Shown piece after piece: positions 10,449-21,072 of a stretch of DNA of 64,000 nt. This stretch comes from Candidatus Poribacteria bacterium (lineage in GTDB: Bacteria; Poribacteria; WGA-4E; WGA-3G). Both the position numbers and the translations under genes were made by a program. The stretch lies in contig CBDBFU010000016.1 of the NCBI GenBank assembly GCA_965205025.1, positions 23,356 to 87,355 of the forward strand, written 5' to 3'. The notes under the pieces were generated by a model. It saw only the letters and a list, made by a program, of their open reading frames with translations. It searched no databases and was not told the DNA's origin. Every line of letters starts with the position of its first letter. Position 1 is the stretch's first letter.

Positions 10449-10894
10449 ATGAATTCAATAACTCCTGCAATTTTTTTCTACGAAATTCAAACATCTTCTT
10501 AATATCCGGTTGAAAAAACAATCGATTAACCAAATTTCCTCCCGGAACAGTGTATTCTACCTTATCTCCTACAATAGTTCCTATATCAGTCTCAACGAAA
10601 GTATGTGTATGAACCCAACTTCGAAAGGGTCCCTTACGTTGTTCATCTACGAAGGCATAAGGTGGATGCCATGATGTAATTTCGCTCTGTGCACGCATTG
10701 GAATTCCGTGCAGTTTCAATTGGTAATCAATTTTTGTCCCTACATCCATTGTAATTGGAGGGGGAATTAAGGACTTTAAAACATAACCAAGGAGGACTGA
10801 TTTCGGTTAGATTAAATGCATTAGAAAAAAATGAAAATACCTCTTCTTGAGGCTTCTCAATTATTAGCTCAGTTGAAAATACAATGCTATTCAT
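10429..10894 (-). pseudogene. SRPBCC/cyclase-fold protein, frameshifted at G5 run ~10760 and with its 3' end cut by IS701
   Basis: N-terminus MNSIVFSTELIIEKPQEEVFSFFSNAFNLTEISPPWL joins FVDEQRKGPFRSWVHTHTF...DKVEY after a +1 shift. The last codons run into the IS end. Confidence 0.7.
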
Positions 10895-10930
10895 TATTAG
10901 AAATCACCTATATCAATAGAAAATGTCTAA

Positions 10931-11992
10931 TCAATTATCAAGATAATTATCATTCACATATCGTGTAATCAGCTCAATCTCATTCTCTTCAAGAAATAAT
11001 CCATTATCAATCATTCGTGAAATTATTTCTGTAGTCTCTTCTTTTGAACGTGGGGGATAATCTTCTACATCTGTAAGAGGATGACACTGTGAACATTTAT
11101 CTTCAAAGAGTATTTTAGCCCTTGCTTCATTATAACTATCAGTAAGCATGTTCATAGGTGGTTCTTGATTCATGACTGAGGAAGCAATTTCAGCTGCAGC
11201 CTTTGCTTCATCTGTTCTCATCCTCTCTTCACGTTGTTGTTTTACGGCGTTTTTTAGGTTAGGTGTGATTGCAATTAAGTATGTAGATACACTCCATTCC
11301 TCTTCTTGGTAGATCGGTTCACCTATAATAGGTTTTTCTGCCATACGATTCACAAGCCGTACCCAATCTGGTGGTGTACGAGGTTTGGCAAGAATTGTTC
11401 GTAGATCATGACAGATAACACATTTTCTCTGTAATACATGTTGACCATCACGTAATTTACGTTTAGTTGCAAGTTGATCAAGTGGTGCTTCAGGGGGTAA
11501 TCCTGCATTCTCGATCAATTGTCGAGTTCTGACAATTCCTTCCTCACTGAATGCACCTGTTTGTGTTCGTAGGACTGTTTCCCGAAATGTGAACGGGACA
11601 GACAACCCAATTAACAGGTACGTACATATCAATATAGTTACACCTATATATGGCATTGCTTCTTCAAAATGTCTAAAGAATCGAAGGATAGCAACTTTAA
11701 TAAGGATTAACACACCTATGGTAATACCAAGCATGAGATGAGCAACAGTACGGGGTGGTAATTCGACTTGGTAATTCCACAGACGAGGTATCATATACCA
11801 CATCATGAAAATATAGAGTATGGCATAAGAATACCCCAGTAAACGATGCAGAAGTGTTAATCCGGCTGGTGCCTCACTCTTATGGGTTTCCTTATTAAAT
11901 GGATACCCCCATAACTTGAACATTAAGAATACAGATGCATTGGCTATGCCTAAGAATATTAATCCAAGAATAGCACTTGTTGAAGACGACAT
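10931..11992 (-). CDS. membrane protein with about 4 TM helices and two c-type haem motifs
   Basis: Hydrophobic N-terminal half with His residues (LLHRLLGY, VAHLMLG). CVICH and CSQCH motifs. Confidence 0.8.
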   Translation of the reverse strand: MSSSTSAILGLIFLGIANASVFLMFKLWGYPFNKETHKSEAPAGLTLLHRLLGYSYAILYIFMMWYMIPRLWNYQVELPPRTVAHLMLGITIGVLILIKVAILRFFRHFEEAMPYIGVTILICTYLLIGLSVPFTFRETVLRTQTGAFSEEGIVRTRQLIENAGLPPEAPLDQLATKRKLRDGQHVLQRKCVICHDLRTILAKPRTPPDWVRLVNRMAEKPIIGEPIYQEEEWSVSTYLIAITPNLKNAVKQQREERMRTDEAKAAAEIASSVMNQEPPMNMLTDSYNEARAKILFEDKCSQCHPLTDVEDYPPRSKEETTEIISRMIDNGLFLEENEIELITRYVNDNYLDN

Positions 11993-12156
11993 TATTATGA
12001 ATCCTTATCGGAGTTGATTCACCGTACTGTTTATGCGTTTGGTTTGGAACCCGAACTACCGTAATATAATGATAAATTTAGGTGTAATTATATAACCTAA
12101 TTATCTATCTTTATTAAATTTGATACTCATGTCAACGAAGAAATCTGCAGTTTTGA

Positions 12157-12957
12157 TTACTCTTCTAATGTCGGACGATTCAAGCGGGAATGATACGGTG
12201 GTTCCATGACTGCACGATGTCTATCATTTGCCCACTCCGGAATTGTATATGCTGGTACATAAGCCATATTACCTGCAGTATACCTTGTAAGAATAGAACG
12301 TCTTGGATGGTCTGCTGTCCATGGTAATGTACCGTGTGTTACGGCTTCTGTAAAAATAATCACATCACCAGCATCACAGACAAGCTGTCGGATATGTTCC
12401 TGATGATCCTGATATAGACGCATCTCTTGTGGACATGGATAATTACTCTTATGACTCCCCGGAATGACTATCAAACCACCAACACCCGGCGGTACATCGG
12501 TCAACTGAAAGGTTACCACGGTTAGACCGTTATGCATACGACCATCACGGAAAATATAATACTGATTCGGATCAAATCCGGGTCCTGATGAACCGTGGAA
12601 GATAAATCCTTCTGCTCCTTTATCCATAGATAGTAGGAACATATGATGATCCATACGGAAACCTTTACCTAATATGACATTTAAATATGGTATCAATTTG
12701 GGATGTGCTAACATATGACGGAACGGATTACACCAGGGTTCCTCCCAAGACAACATCCCTCCAAGTTCACCTCTACCATGCTCACCACGTAATTCTGGTG
12801 ATCCTCCGTCGAGGGTTTGTTCTTTGGGACGGATATTCATACTATCAATATGTTTATCTATTGCTTCGTTAGCTAATTCTACTTCTTCAGGTGTTAGTAC
12901 ATTCTTAATTCTGAGATATCCGTTTAAATCAAAAAGATATTTCTCATCAGCATTCAT
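12157..12957 (-). CDS. phytanoyl-CoA dioxygenase (PhyH) family protein
   Basis: Motifs: EKYLFDLNGYL, GGLIVIPGSHKS, AGDVIIFTEAVTHGT, RRSILTRY. Confidence 0.9.
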   Translation of the reverse strand: MNADEKYLFDLNGYLRIKNVLTPEEVELANEAIDKHIDSMNIRPKEQTLDGGSPELRGEHGRGELGGMLSWEEPWCNPFRHMLAHPKLIPYLNVILGKGFRMDHHMFLLSMDKGAEGFIFHGSSGPGFDPNQYYIFRDGRMHNGLTVVTFQLTDVPPGVGGLIVIPGSHKSNYPCPQEMRLYQDHQEHIRQLVCDAGDVIIFTEAVTHGTLPWTADHPRRSILTRYTAGNMAYVPAYTIPEWANDRHRAVMEPPYHSRLNRPTLEE

Positions 12958-12969
12958 CTGTAATCCCTC

Positions 12970-14097
12970 CTATACCGCGTAAGCCACTGAACCATCTTCA
13001 CGTAATGGTGTAGACCCGGTATTCATGGGTTGGAACGGAGTCTTTTCTATCAAACTATCCTCAAGTTCAACACCTAAACCTGGAGCTTCAGGAATAGGTA
13101 TATAACCACCTTCACGTTGATATGAAACCTTATATACAGCAAATTGATCAGATTCATCACCCTTCGTGTATTCCTGGGTAATGAAGTTTGGAATACTTGT
13201 ATCTAAATGGAGGGATGCTGCAGTTATAAGCGGTCCGAGGAAATTATGTGTTACAACTGCACTATGATAGGATTCAGCAATCGCAGCTATCTTTTTACAG
13301 TGTGTCAATCCACCAGCTAATCCAACGTCTGGTCGTACATACTGAGGTCCACCGTATTCTAAGAGTTCACGAAATTCCCATATAGTTGTAAACCGTTCAC
13401 CGATAGCGAGGGGTGTTGTCATACGTTTTGCCAATTCCCCCTGTGTTGTGATCGTGTCTATCTGAATTGGGTCTTCTATGAAATACAGATTAAAGGGGGC
13501 TAACGCTGTTTCCAAAACTATACTATTCATCGGTGTCAGTTTACGATGCACTTCAACGATCAAATCAAGATCAGGTCCCCCACCTTCCCGTGCAGCAGCG
13601 ACAAGATCACGTGCCGTTTTAACCAGACGGTCTACAGTCATGTCTTGAAAATTTCCAACTAATGGATCAAATTTTAGGGCGGTGAAACCTTCTTCTACAG
13701 CAGTCTTTGCAGCTTCAAACATCGTTTCTAGTGTGCCACCACCTCCCAGTAGATGTAATCGAATTTTATCACGACAATTTCCACCGAGTAATTCCCATAT
13801 AGGTACACCGAAATGTTTACCCTTGATATCCCACAACGCGATATCGACTGCACTAATTGCCCCACACAATGCTGTCCCTTTGAACGGTCCCATTCTATAG
13901 AGATATTGCCAGTGATGCTCAATACGTAATGGATTCTGTCCAATGAGGTATTTTTCAAAGGTATTAACTATTTTTTTTACTGCTTCTGGATATCCCCAAC
14001 ATGCTGTCTGTCCAATGCCGCTTATACCGGTATCGGTATGAATCCGAATTACATACCCATTTCCAATGTAAAACGACTCTATCTTATCAATTTTCAT
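12970..14097 (-). CDS. mandelate racemase/enolase superfamily, galactonate dehydratase-like
   Basis: Motifs: AISAVDIALWDIKGK, TALKFDP, FIEDP, LAIGER, RPDV...GGLT, HNFLGP, PGLGVE. Start moved to ATG 14097 behind GGAGG. Confidence 0.88.
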   Translation of the reverse strand: MKIDKIESFYIGNGYVIRIHTDTGISGIGQTACWGYPEAVKKIVNTFEKYLIGQNPLRIEHHWQYLYRMGPFKGTALCGAISAVDIALWDIKGKHFGVPIWELLGGNCRDKIRLHLLGGGGTLETMFEAAKTAVEEGFTALKFDPLVGNFQDMTVDRLVKTARDLVAAAREGGGPDLDLIVEVHRKLTPMNSIVLETALAPFNLYFIEDPIQIDTITTQGELAKRMTTPLAIGERFTTIWEFRELLEYGGPQYVRPDVGLAGGLTHCKKIAAIAESYHSAVVTHNFLGPLITAASLHLDTSIPNFITQEYTKGDESDQFAVYKVSYQREGGYIPIPEAPGLGVELEDSLIEKTPFQPMNTGSTPLREDGSVAYAV

Positions 14098-14804
14098 ACT
14101 ACCCTCCAATAAGAAGTAGATTCTATGTTGATATTTCTTATTGTATCACAAGGGAGTGACATTTGACAATAGTCAACTATATGGTGATTCCAATTCCTGA
14201 TCCTTCAAAATTTTCTTCCCACTCCTTAATTGGCTTGGTTTACGGGAATGACTTATGAGGATAAATTTTCTTTAAAATGTTCTTGTTTACTGTGTTTCAC
14301 AAATGTAATATTATATATACTATATAGTTTAAAATGTTACACTTTTCGTTACATGGTGTAACATTAGGAAAACGGTTGTCCGCTCTGTAGCAGTATGGGT
14401 TTATCGGTGTTTTTTTCCAATTATAAAAATTCTGAAATTTAGTGATTTTGTGTCTTTTTCTTTCATTTCTGGTGTATCTCCAACCCAGGTATTTATGAGT
14501 TATGCTGGTTTTGTTTTTTATGTGATCTTGAATGTATTGGATAGTCATTAATTTTCATCCTGTTTTTATGCAAAATGTTACGATTTATGCTAAAAATGAA
14601 AAAGTTCCTCATGTTAGATTCAACAGTTTTTAATTCTACTCACCTAATATATGGTCATGTATTAGTATAGGTATTATAATTATTCTCAATATGTTATCAT
14701 AACGTATGTTTACTATTATGTCAACTGTTTTTCATATATGTGATATTAGTTGTTTGTTCATTGGATATTCTTCAATTTATTTTTTGTGTATTATAAATGT
14801 TGAT

Positions 14805-15088
14805 GTCTGAATCGCGGATTACACAGATTTCACGGATTTCACGGAAAGGATTTTGGTATGATGTATGTTTTTGTTAGATTTTGGTGTTTCATCTGAATTG
14901 TGGATTACACTTATTTCTGGGTAGAAGGATAGTGTAAATTCTTTGTTTTGGATTGGCAAGTAGTTTTATCTGCTGTGGTGCATTCTCGGAATAGAAGTGT
15001 CTTACACTTGCCCATTTGCTGTTAGCCGTTTGCTATTTGCTATCTGTCGTCTGAATCGCGGATTACACAGATTTCACGGATTACGCGG
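14805..15088 (+). repeat. dispersed GTCTGAATCGCGGATTACACAGATTTCACGG short-repeat family
   Basis: Copies at about 14805, 14892, 15049, 17490, 17567, 18796, and a reverse copy at about 62053. Confidence 0.7.
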
Positions 15089-15218
15089 AGAAGATCGGGG
15101 ATCGGAATCCTCTCCTACTTTTTCCTTGAATAATATGCTAAAATAAATTAACCTGTTAACCAGAATGCGTTATATGCGTTATTCTCATAGCGTAAAACTG
15201 AAGTCTGGGAGATTCACA

Positions 15219-15725
15219 ATGCTAAATGGGCGAGCTGTCCTAATCGGGATTCTTTGTTTCCTGCTTGTTGCCTTTGCTGCCTTCGGACAAGAGGAGTCAG
15301 ATCCAAACGTCATAACGGTTACTGAAAAGATAAATGTATTGGACCTGAACAATAATGTAGAAAGACTCAGTGAGGCTGTAGAAAAACTTAGTGGAAATGT
15401 AGAGAAACTCACCGAAAGTGTGAATAACCTTAACACAAGGGTTGGGGTGCTTGAAGAAAGAACACAAGGAACAGCCAAAACTGTACACGTGATTTTGGCA
15501 TCATTCATAGGACCTCTGGTGGTAGGGATTCTAATAGCAATTATAGTTTCTCTTATCATTCGTAGTAAGAACAGTGAAGTCAAAATGGGTTCTACCAACA
15601 CCACGCAAGTAAGCCAAAGCGAAGCTGCTACCACCCATACCTTGCCACCAAGGCTTCCTGATGGAACAGACGATATAAAAGACTACCTAAAATCCGATTC
15701 TCATGCCACAAAAGTGAAAATCTAA
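15219..15725 (+). CDS. membrane-anchored coiled-coil hypothetical protein
   Basis: GGGAG RBS, signal-like N-terminus, heptad repeats VEKLSxxVEKL, TM helix. Its stop overlaps the start of the TPR gene. Confidence 0.7.
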   Translation: MLNGRAVLIGILCFLLVAFAAFGQEESDPNVITVTEKINVLDLNNNVERLSEAVEKLSGNVEKLTESVNNLNTRVGVLEERTQGTAKTVHVILASFIGPLVVGILIAIIVSLIIRSKNSEVKMGSTNTTQVSQSEAATTHTLPPRLPDGTDDIKDYLKSDSHATKVKI

Positions 15726-16627
15726 TGGAAAACACTAAGAACACAATTGAGAACCCTACATCCGCAGAAGCCTACGTCGATAGGGGTAATGAATTCTACG
15801 ATCAAGGCGATTATCAGGCTGCCATTTCCGATTATGACGAAGCGATCCGGCTTGACCCTAATGAAGCGAGAGCCTACACCAACCGAGGAAACGCCAAAGA
15901 CGAGTTGGGAGACCTTGAAGGTGCTATTACCGATTATGACGAGGCGATCCGTATAAACCCTGAATATGCAATAGACTACTACAACCGAGGGAATGCAAAA
16001 AGCAAACTGGGAGACCTTGAAGGTGCTATTACCGATTATGACGAGGCGATCCGTATAAACCCTGAATATGCAATAGCCTATAACAACCGAGGGAATGCAA
16101 AAAGCGACTTGAAAAAATATTTTGAAGCCATTTCGGATTATGACCAAGCGATCCGTTTCGATCCTAAATATGCAAGAGCCTACTATAACCGAGGTACTGT
16201 GAAAATTCAACTGGGGCACCCCGAGGCTGCGATTTCTGATTATGACGAGGTTATTCATCTCAACCCTAATAATGCGGATGCCTACAACAACCGAGGTGTT
16301 GCCAAAAGCCGAATAGGAGAGCATTTTGGTGCGATTTCTGATTATGATGAGGCGATACGGCTTGACCCTGAAGATGCAGGAACCTACCACAACCGAGGAA
16401 ACGCAAAACTTCGGTTGGAACACTCTGAGGCTGCGATTTCTGATTATGATGAGGCGATACGGCTTGACCCTGAAGATGCAGGAACCTACCACAACCGAGG
16501 CTTTGCCAAAAGTAAACTGGGAGACATCGAAGCTGCTATCGTTGACTATGACGAGGCGATCCGGCTTGACCCTAAATATGCGATAGCCCGTAACAACCGA
16601 GAAAAAGCCAAGAAAAAACTTAGGTAA
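15725..16627 (+). CDS. tetratricopeptide repeat protein (8 TPRs)
   Basis: 34-aa repeats AYxNRGxAKxxLGxxEAAIxDYDEAIRLDP, with recent 102-bp internal duplications. Confidence 0.95.
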   Translation: MENTKNTIENPTSAEAYVDRGNEFYDQGDYQAAISDYDEAIRLDPNEARAYTNRGNAKDELGDLEGAITDYDEAIRINPEYAIDYYNRGNAKSKLGDLEGAITDYDEAIRINPEYAIAYNNRGNAKSDLKKYFEAISDYDQAIRFDPKYARAYYNRGTVKIQLGHPEAAISDYDEVIHLNPNNADAYNNRGVAKSRIGEHFGAISDYDEAIRLDPEDAGTYHNRGNAKLRLEHSEAAISDYDEAIRLDPEDAGTYHNRGFAKSKLGDIEAAIVDYDEAIRLDPKYAIARNNREKAKKKLR

Positions 16628-16897
16628 CCCTCTTCCCTTCTTTCATCCACCTACCCAATAAATTCCAGTTCTGACGATTGACCACTCATTAGCAAAATCC
16701 CGAATATCACAAAATCCTGAAAACCTGCATCTCTGAAAAGTAATACCCGTAATGTGAAATATTTAAATTGAAATGGAATAATTTCTACACTGAATCTTTG
16801 TACCGCAAACTTTCCAGTTTGCGGATTGTTTCAATCTCGTTATTGATAATGAATTTGCTGTTCCTTCTATCAACTAATAACTGATAACCTGATAACC

Positions 16898-17466
16898 GGG
16901 TATGTAAAGTTTTTGTCACTAAACATTACGCTGCTATCGTACTTGGATACCAATTTTTATCTCAAGTATCATCTCAACTCCAGATATGTTAGATGTATGG
17001 TTACTATGTATTGTAAAAATCTGTTAATTTTTATCGTTTTGAGATGATAGCACTTTCACGGAAACCTTCACGGAGCAATTTTACGAACCCTTACTCTATA
17101 AGGGTTTATAATTAAAGTAGACCAATTCTCCGTGAATCACATTCGTTAATTATATTTTAACTTAAGCGTGAATTAAGTACTTATATGTTTTTCATACGAA
17201 GTGTATTGGGACATAGCACTCCGCTGGAGTGCCAGACCGTTCCGATATTGTTTTCTATAGACATAGTACTCCGCTGGAGTACGGTATTTTTGATATAGAA
17301 AACTCCAAAAAATAGACTAATCATTAGATTCTCAGTTACCCCCTGGAATAAAATTGTCAAAATTATAGTAGTGAAGAATAAGCTGTAATTCTTGAAATTC
17401 AGACTGGATGAATTGGAATTGAGATTTTGTTGGTGCTTAGTAAAGTGACAAAAAGATTACACACCC
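16898..17466. mobile_element. 569-bp non-autonomous element (MITE) with 9-bp TSD
   Basis: TIRs GGGTATGTAAAGTTTTTGTCACT / AGTGACAAAAAGATTACACACCC. TSD CTGATAACC at 16889-16897 and 17467-17475. Partial inverted copy at about 33580-33837. Confidence 0.8.
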
Positions 17467-17842
17467 CTGATAACCAATTGCTACCTGTTGTCTGAACCGC
17501 AGATTACACAGATTTCACGGTTGGGTATGTGTGTATGATGACTGTTCTTGTATGGTATAGTCTTTTGTCTGAATTGGGGATTACACAGACTGGTAGCCTG
17601 GAATCAATAGGTTTCTCTTACTATCTGCTGATAGCCGACAGCCATCTGCTATAACGTTTCAATCTCGTAATTAAGAATCTTTTATTTTCTATTAATGGAT
17701 ATTTTTATCTGTGATTTTTTAACGTTTACTAAAATAAATAATAAGAATAAATCAATTGGAATTGGATAACATAATATTTTCATCCCATTTAAAATAGTCG
17801 GGGGTTTAGCGTCTCCCCGCAGGACGTCATAAAAACGTTTAG

Positions 17843-18535
17843 TTAGTAATACTTCTTCATTTGTGCCCAACTCACCGCTAACTTACCGCGTGCCTCAACA
17901 GCAGCCACTTGGTCCCACGGTATATTTTTACCGGCACCGTTTGCCTGATGGACATCATCAAAGTTAGGGTGTCCCCATCCCCCACTACTGTTATCATAGA
18001 CAACAAGTTGCGCGAGTTCACCTTTGAAGTCAGAAACGTCCCATTCTTTGCGGGTCATACTTTCGTTGTTGTTACCAGTTGCAGAAAGAACTACTTCCTC
18101 ATCAATCACAAGGTTGACACCACACGGTTCTGGATTTACACCCCATGGACGATTACCCCCACCAATAAGAAAATTCATCGTCTCTCCAACAATCACGAAC
18201 TCGATTGAAGTCAAAGTCCCTTGTGGTGCATCAACACCATCCGCAAGATCACCCGGTTTCTGTCCAAGTTTTGCACCTTTGTCCGGTCCCTGATACTTTT
18301 CTGCCAATCCAAGCCACCAATCACCTTGATGTTGTGAAGGTTGCCCTCGATTCCGTGCAGTCGGGTTATCACCCCAAGTCGGTTGAAAATCAAACGCTGT
18401 GCCAGTTTTTTCCCAATCTGTGAGATCACCAGTTTCAAAATCGTTGTTAAACGCACGAGCAAAAACAACGTCAACAGGCAAAATAAGCAGAATTATCAGA
18501 AATAACGGGACCACAACTGAAAAAACATATTTCAT
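17843..18535 (-). CDS. secreted beta-sandwich (carbohydrate-binding-like) protein with C-terminal sorting-like motif
   Basis: Signal peptide. Motifs: DFETGDLTDW..TGTAF, QGTLTSIEF, NFLIGGG, SATGNNNE, GGWGH. C-terminus AVEARGKLAVSWAQMK. Confidence 0.75.
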   Translation of the reverse strand: MKYVFSVVVPLFLIILLILPVDVVFARAFNNDFETGDLTDWEKTGTAFDFQPTWGDNPTARNRGQPSQHQGDWWLGLAEKYQGPDKGAKLGQKPGDLADGVDAPQGTLTSIEFVIVGETMNFLIGGGNRPWGVNPEPCGVNLVIDEEVVLSATGNNNESMTRKEWDVSDFKGELAQLVVYDNSSGGWGHPNFDDVHQANGAGKNIPWDQVAAVEARGKLAVSWAQMKKYY

Positions 18536-19054
18536 CAGATATGCTCCTTTGAATACGCCAATTTTTAGCGTCTTTTAGAAAATTGTTAATACAATAGTAG
18601 TGGAAAAATAATCGTAAATAGTGTTCTTTAATATAATCGCATTTTTTCCTTTATATAGCAATGATATTTATAGAAATGGTATTATTTCTTTGCAATAGAA
18701 GGGAAAGATTGAACGGCTATTTCTATCTGGAATTCTGGAATCAATAGGTTTCTCTTACTATTGCTTATAGCCGACATCCATTTGCTATGTTGTTTGTCTG
18801 AACCACAGATTACACGGATTACACAGTTTCACGGTTGGCTTTGTGCTTGATAACCGTTCTTGTATGGTATAGGTGTTTTTGACTGTATAGTTGATTACAC
18901 GGATTTCACCTACATACCTATCGAAATTCTTATGTCTAAGGATTGCAATTACAAAGCTGAATATGGTATTATATTGATACATATTTCACACAAAAATTAC
19001 ACAATAAAATTACATAAAACTATAAACACATTAAAGGAATACTCTCAGATACTC

Positions 19055-20662
19055 ATGTCGAAAAAAACAGAAAAGAAATCAAATGAAAATGGGGCAACTT
19101 TAGGTTTTGAAGCAACCCTATACCAAGCAGCTGATAAACTTCGGAACAACATGGATGCTGCAGAATATAAGCATGTAGTTTTAGGATTGATCTTCCTCAA
19201 ATACATTTCTGATAATTTTGAGGAAAAGTATCAATTTCTACTTCAACAGTATGCTAATCCGCAAAGTGATTACTATGTCAAAGAAGAATCTGCCCGTTTG
19301 GATTATGCTGAGGATAGAGACGAATACATGGCAGAAAATATCTTTTATGTGCCGAAGGAAGCGCGCTGGTCATTTTTGCAGGCAAAAGCCAAACAACCAG
19401 AAATTGGTACGCTTATTGACGATGCAATGCTGGCAATTGAAAAAGAAAACCCACGACTCAAAGGTGTACTGCCGAAAAACTATGCACGTCCAAGTTTGGA
19501 TAAACAACGGCTTGGGGAACTTGTTGATCTTATAGGTACTATAGGTTTGGGTGAAGAAGAGAATCAATCAAAAGATATTTTAGGTAGAGTGTATGAGTAT
19601 TTTCTATCACAATTCGCAAGTGCCGAAGGTAAAAGAGGCGGACAGTTTTATACCCCTCGTTGTGTTGTCCAACTCTTGGTTGAAATGCTCACTCCTTACA
19701 AAGGACGAGTATACGATCCATGCTGCGGTTCTGGTGGTATGTTTGTCCAAAGTGAAGAATTCGTTGAAGCACATGGTGGAAATCCAAATGACATATCAAT
19801 ATATGGACAGGAATCAAACCCAACTACACGACAATTAGCTTTGATGAACCTTGCCATACGCGGTATAGACGCGAATCTTGGACTGGAACATGCAGACAGT
19901 TTTCACAACGATCTGCACCCTGACTTAAAAGTTGATTTTATCCTTGCTAATCCACCATTTAACAGCAGTGATTGGGGTGGAGAACGGCTGCCTGAAGATA
20001 AACGATGGACTTACGGTACACCTCCAACAGGGAATGCCAACTTTGCTTGGGTACAACACTTTATTTTCCACCTTGCACCAAACGGGATTGCAGGCTTTGT
20101 GTTGGCAAACGGCTCCATGAGTAGCAATACTGCAACCGAAGGTGAAATTCGCAAAAACATCGTTGCAGCGGATTTAGTTGATTGCATGGTAGCGTTACCC
20201 GGGCAACTTTTCTATTCCACATCCATTCCAGTCTGTCTATGGTTCATCACAAGAAACAAAGAGAACAGTCAATATCGTAAACGAACTGGGGAAACACTTT
20301 TTATTGATGCGCGCAGGTTAGGTGTGATGATTGACCGCGTACACCGCGAGTTAACGCATATCGAAATGACGCGAATTGCCGAAACTTATCACGCATGGCG
20401 CGGCGATGAAAGTTCTGGTGAATATGCTGACGTGCCCGGATTCTGCAAAAGCACCAAACTCGGTGAGATTCAGGAATACGGATACGTGCTTACACCAGGA
20501 CGATATGTAGGTATTACAGACATTGAGGATGACGAAATCCCTTTTGAAAAACAGATAACGCAACTTTCCGACAAACTCTATGAACAGTTTGCAGAGTCTG
20601 AACGGCTTGCGGCAGCTATCAAGAAAAATTTAGAAACATTAGGTTATAGAGGTGAACAATGA
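19055..20662 (+). CDS. hsdM: type I R-M methyltransferase subunit (N6-adenine)
   Basis: Motifs: [44 protein letters not shown]. True start most likely MSKK at 19055. Confidence 0.95.
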   Translation: MSKKTEKKSNENGATLGFEATLYQAADKLRNNMDAAEYKHVVLGLIFLKYISDNFEEKYQFLLQQYANPQSDYYVKEESARLDYAEDRDEYMAENIFYVPKEARWSFLQAKAKQPEIGTLIDDAMLAIEKENPRLKGVLPKNYARPSLDKQRLGELVDLIGTIGLGEEENQSKDILGRVYEYFLSQFASAEGKRGGQFYTPRCVVQLLVEMLTPYKGRVYDPCCGSGGMFVQSEEFVEAHGGNPNDISIYGQESNPTTRQLALMNLAIRGIDANLGLEHADSFHNDLHPDLKVDFILANPPFNSSDWGGERLPEDKRWTYGTPPTGNANFAWVQHFIFHLAPNGIAGFVLANGSMSSNTATEGEIRKNIVAADLVDCMVALPGQLFYSTSIPVCLWFITRNKENSQYRKRTGETLFIDARRLGVMIDRVHRELTHIEMTRIAETYHAWRGDESSGEYADVPGFCKSTKLGEIQEYGYVLTPGRYVGITDIEDDEIPFEKQITQLSDKLYEQFAESERLAAAIKKNLETLGYRGEQ

Positions 20663-21072
20663 GCTTAAATTTTGACAGTTTAGCAAAATCTATTGAAAGT
20701 CTGGAACGCTCTGTTAAGGCTGCCAATACACTTAATACCTCTGATGAAGATTTACAAGAAACGGTTCGTGCCGGAGTTATTCATAGTTTTGAGGTTGCTT
20801 ATGAGCAGTCTTGGAAAATGATAAAGCGGTGGCTTCAAGAAAATATTGGTGAGGCTGCCGCTGAAGGGATTACACAACGAAATCTCTTTCGTTTAGGTGC
20901 AGAGAGCCAATTGATTTCTGATTCGGAACGTTGGATGGAATATCGTGAGGCGCGGAATTTGACTTCTCATACTTACAATGAAGATGCTGCTGAAAATGTA
21001 TTTACTGAAGCTACTGAGTTTATCTATGATGCCAAGCAGCTTTTAAAAGCATTAGAGGAACGCAATGATTGA
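20659..21072 (+). CDS. HEPN-domain protein (HI0074-like nucleotidyltransferase substrate-binding family)
   Basis: [17 protein letters not shown] and RNLTSHTY (= RX4HXY). Overlaps the hsdM stop. Confidence 0.9.
   Translation: MSLNFDSLAKSIESLERSVKAANTLNTSDEDLQETVRAGVIHSFEVAYEQSWKMIKRWLQENIGEAAAEGITQRNLFRLGAESQLISDSERWMEYREARNLTSHTYNEDAAENVFTEATEFIYDAKQLLKALEERND

Noticed and set aside
15722-16492. 256-aa minus-strand repetitive ORF
   Set aside because: Antisense shadow of the TPR gene.
15900-16500. 102-bp periodic DNA repeats
   Set aside because: Explained by TPR coding repeats.
18860-19054. N-terminal extension of hsdM
   Set aside because: Runs through repeat DNA. HsdM homology starts after MSKK (19055).
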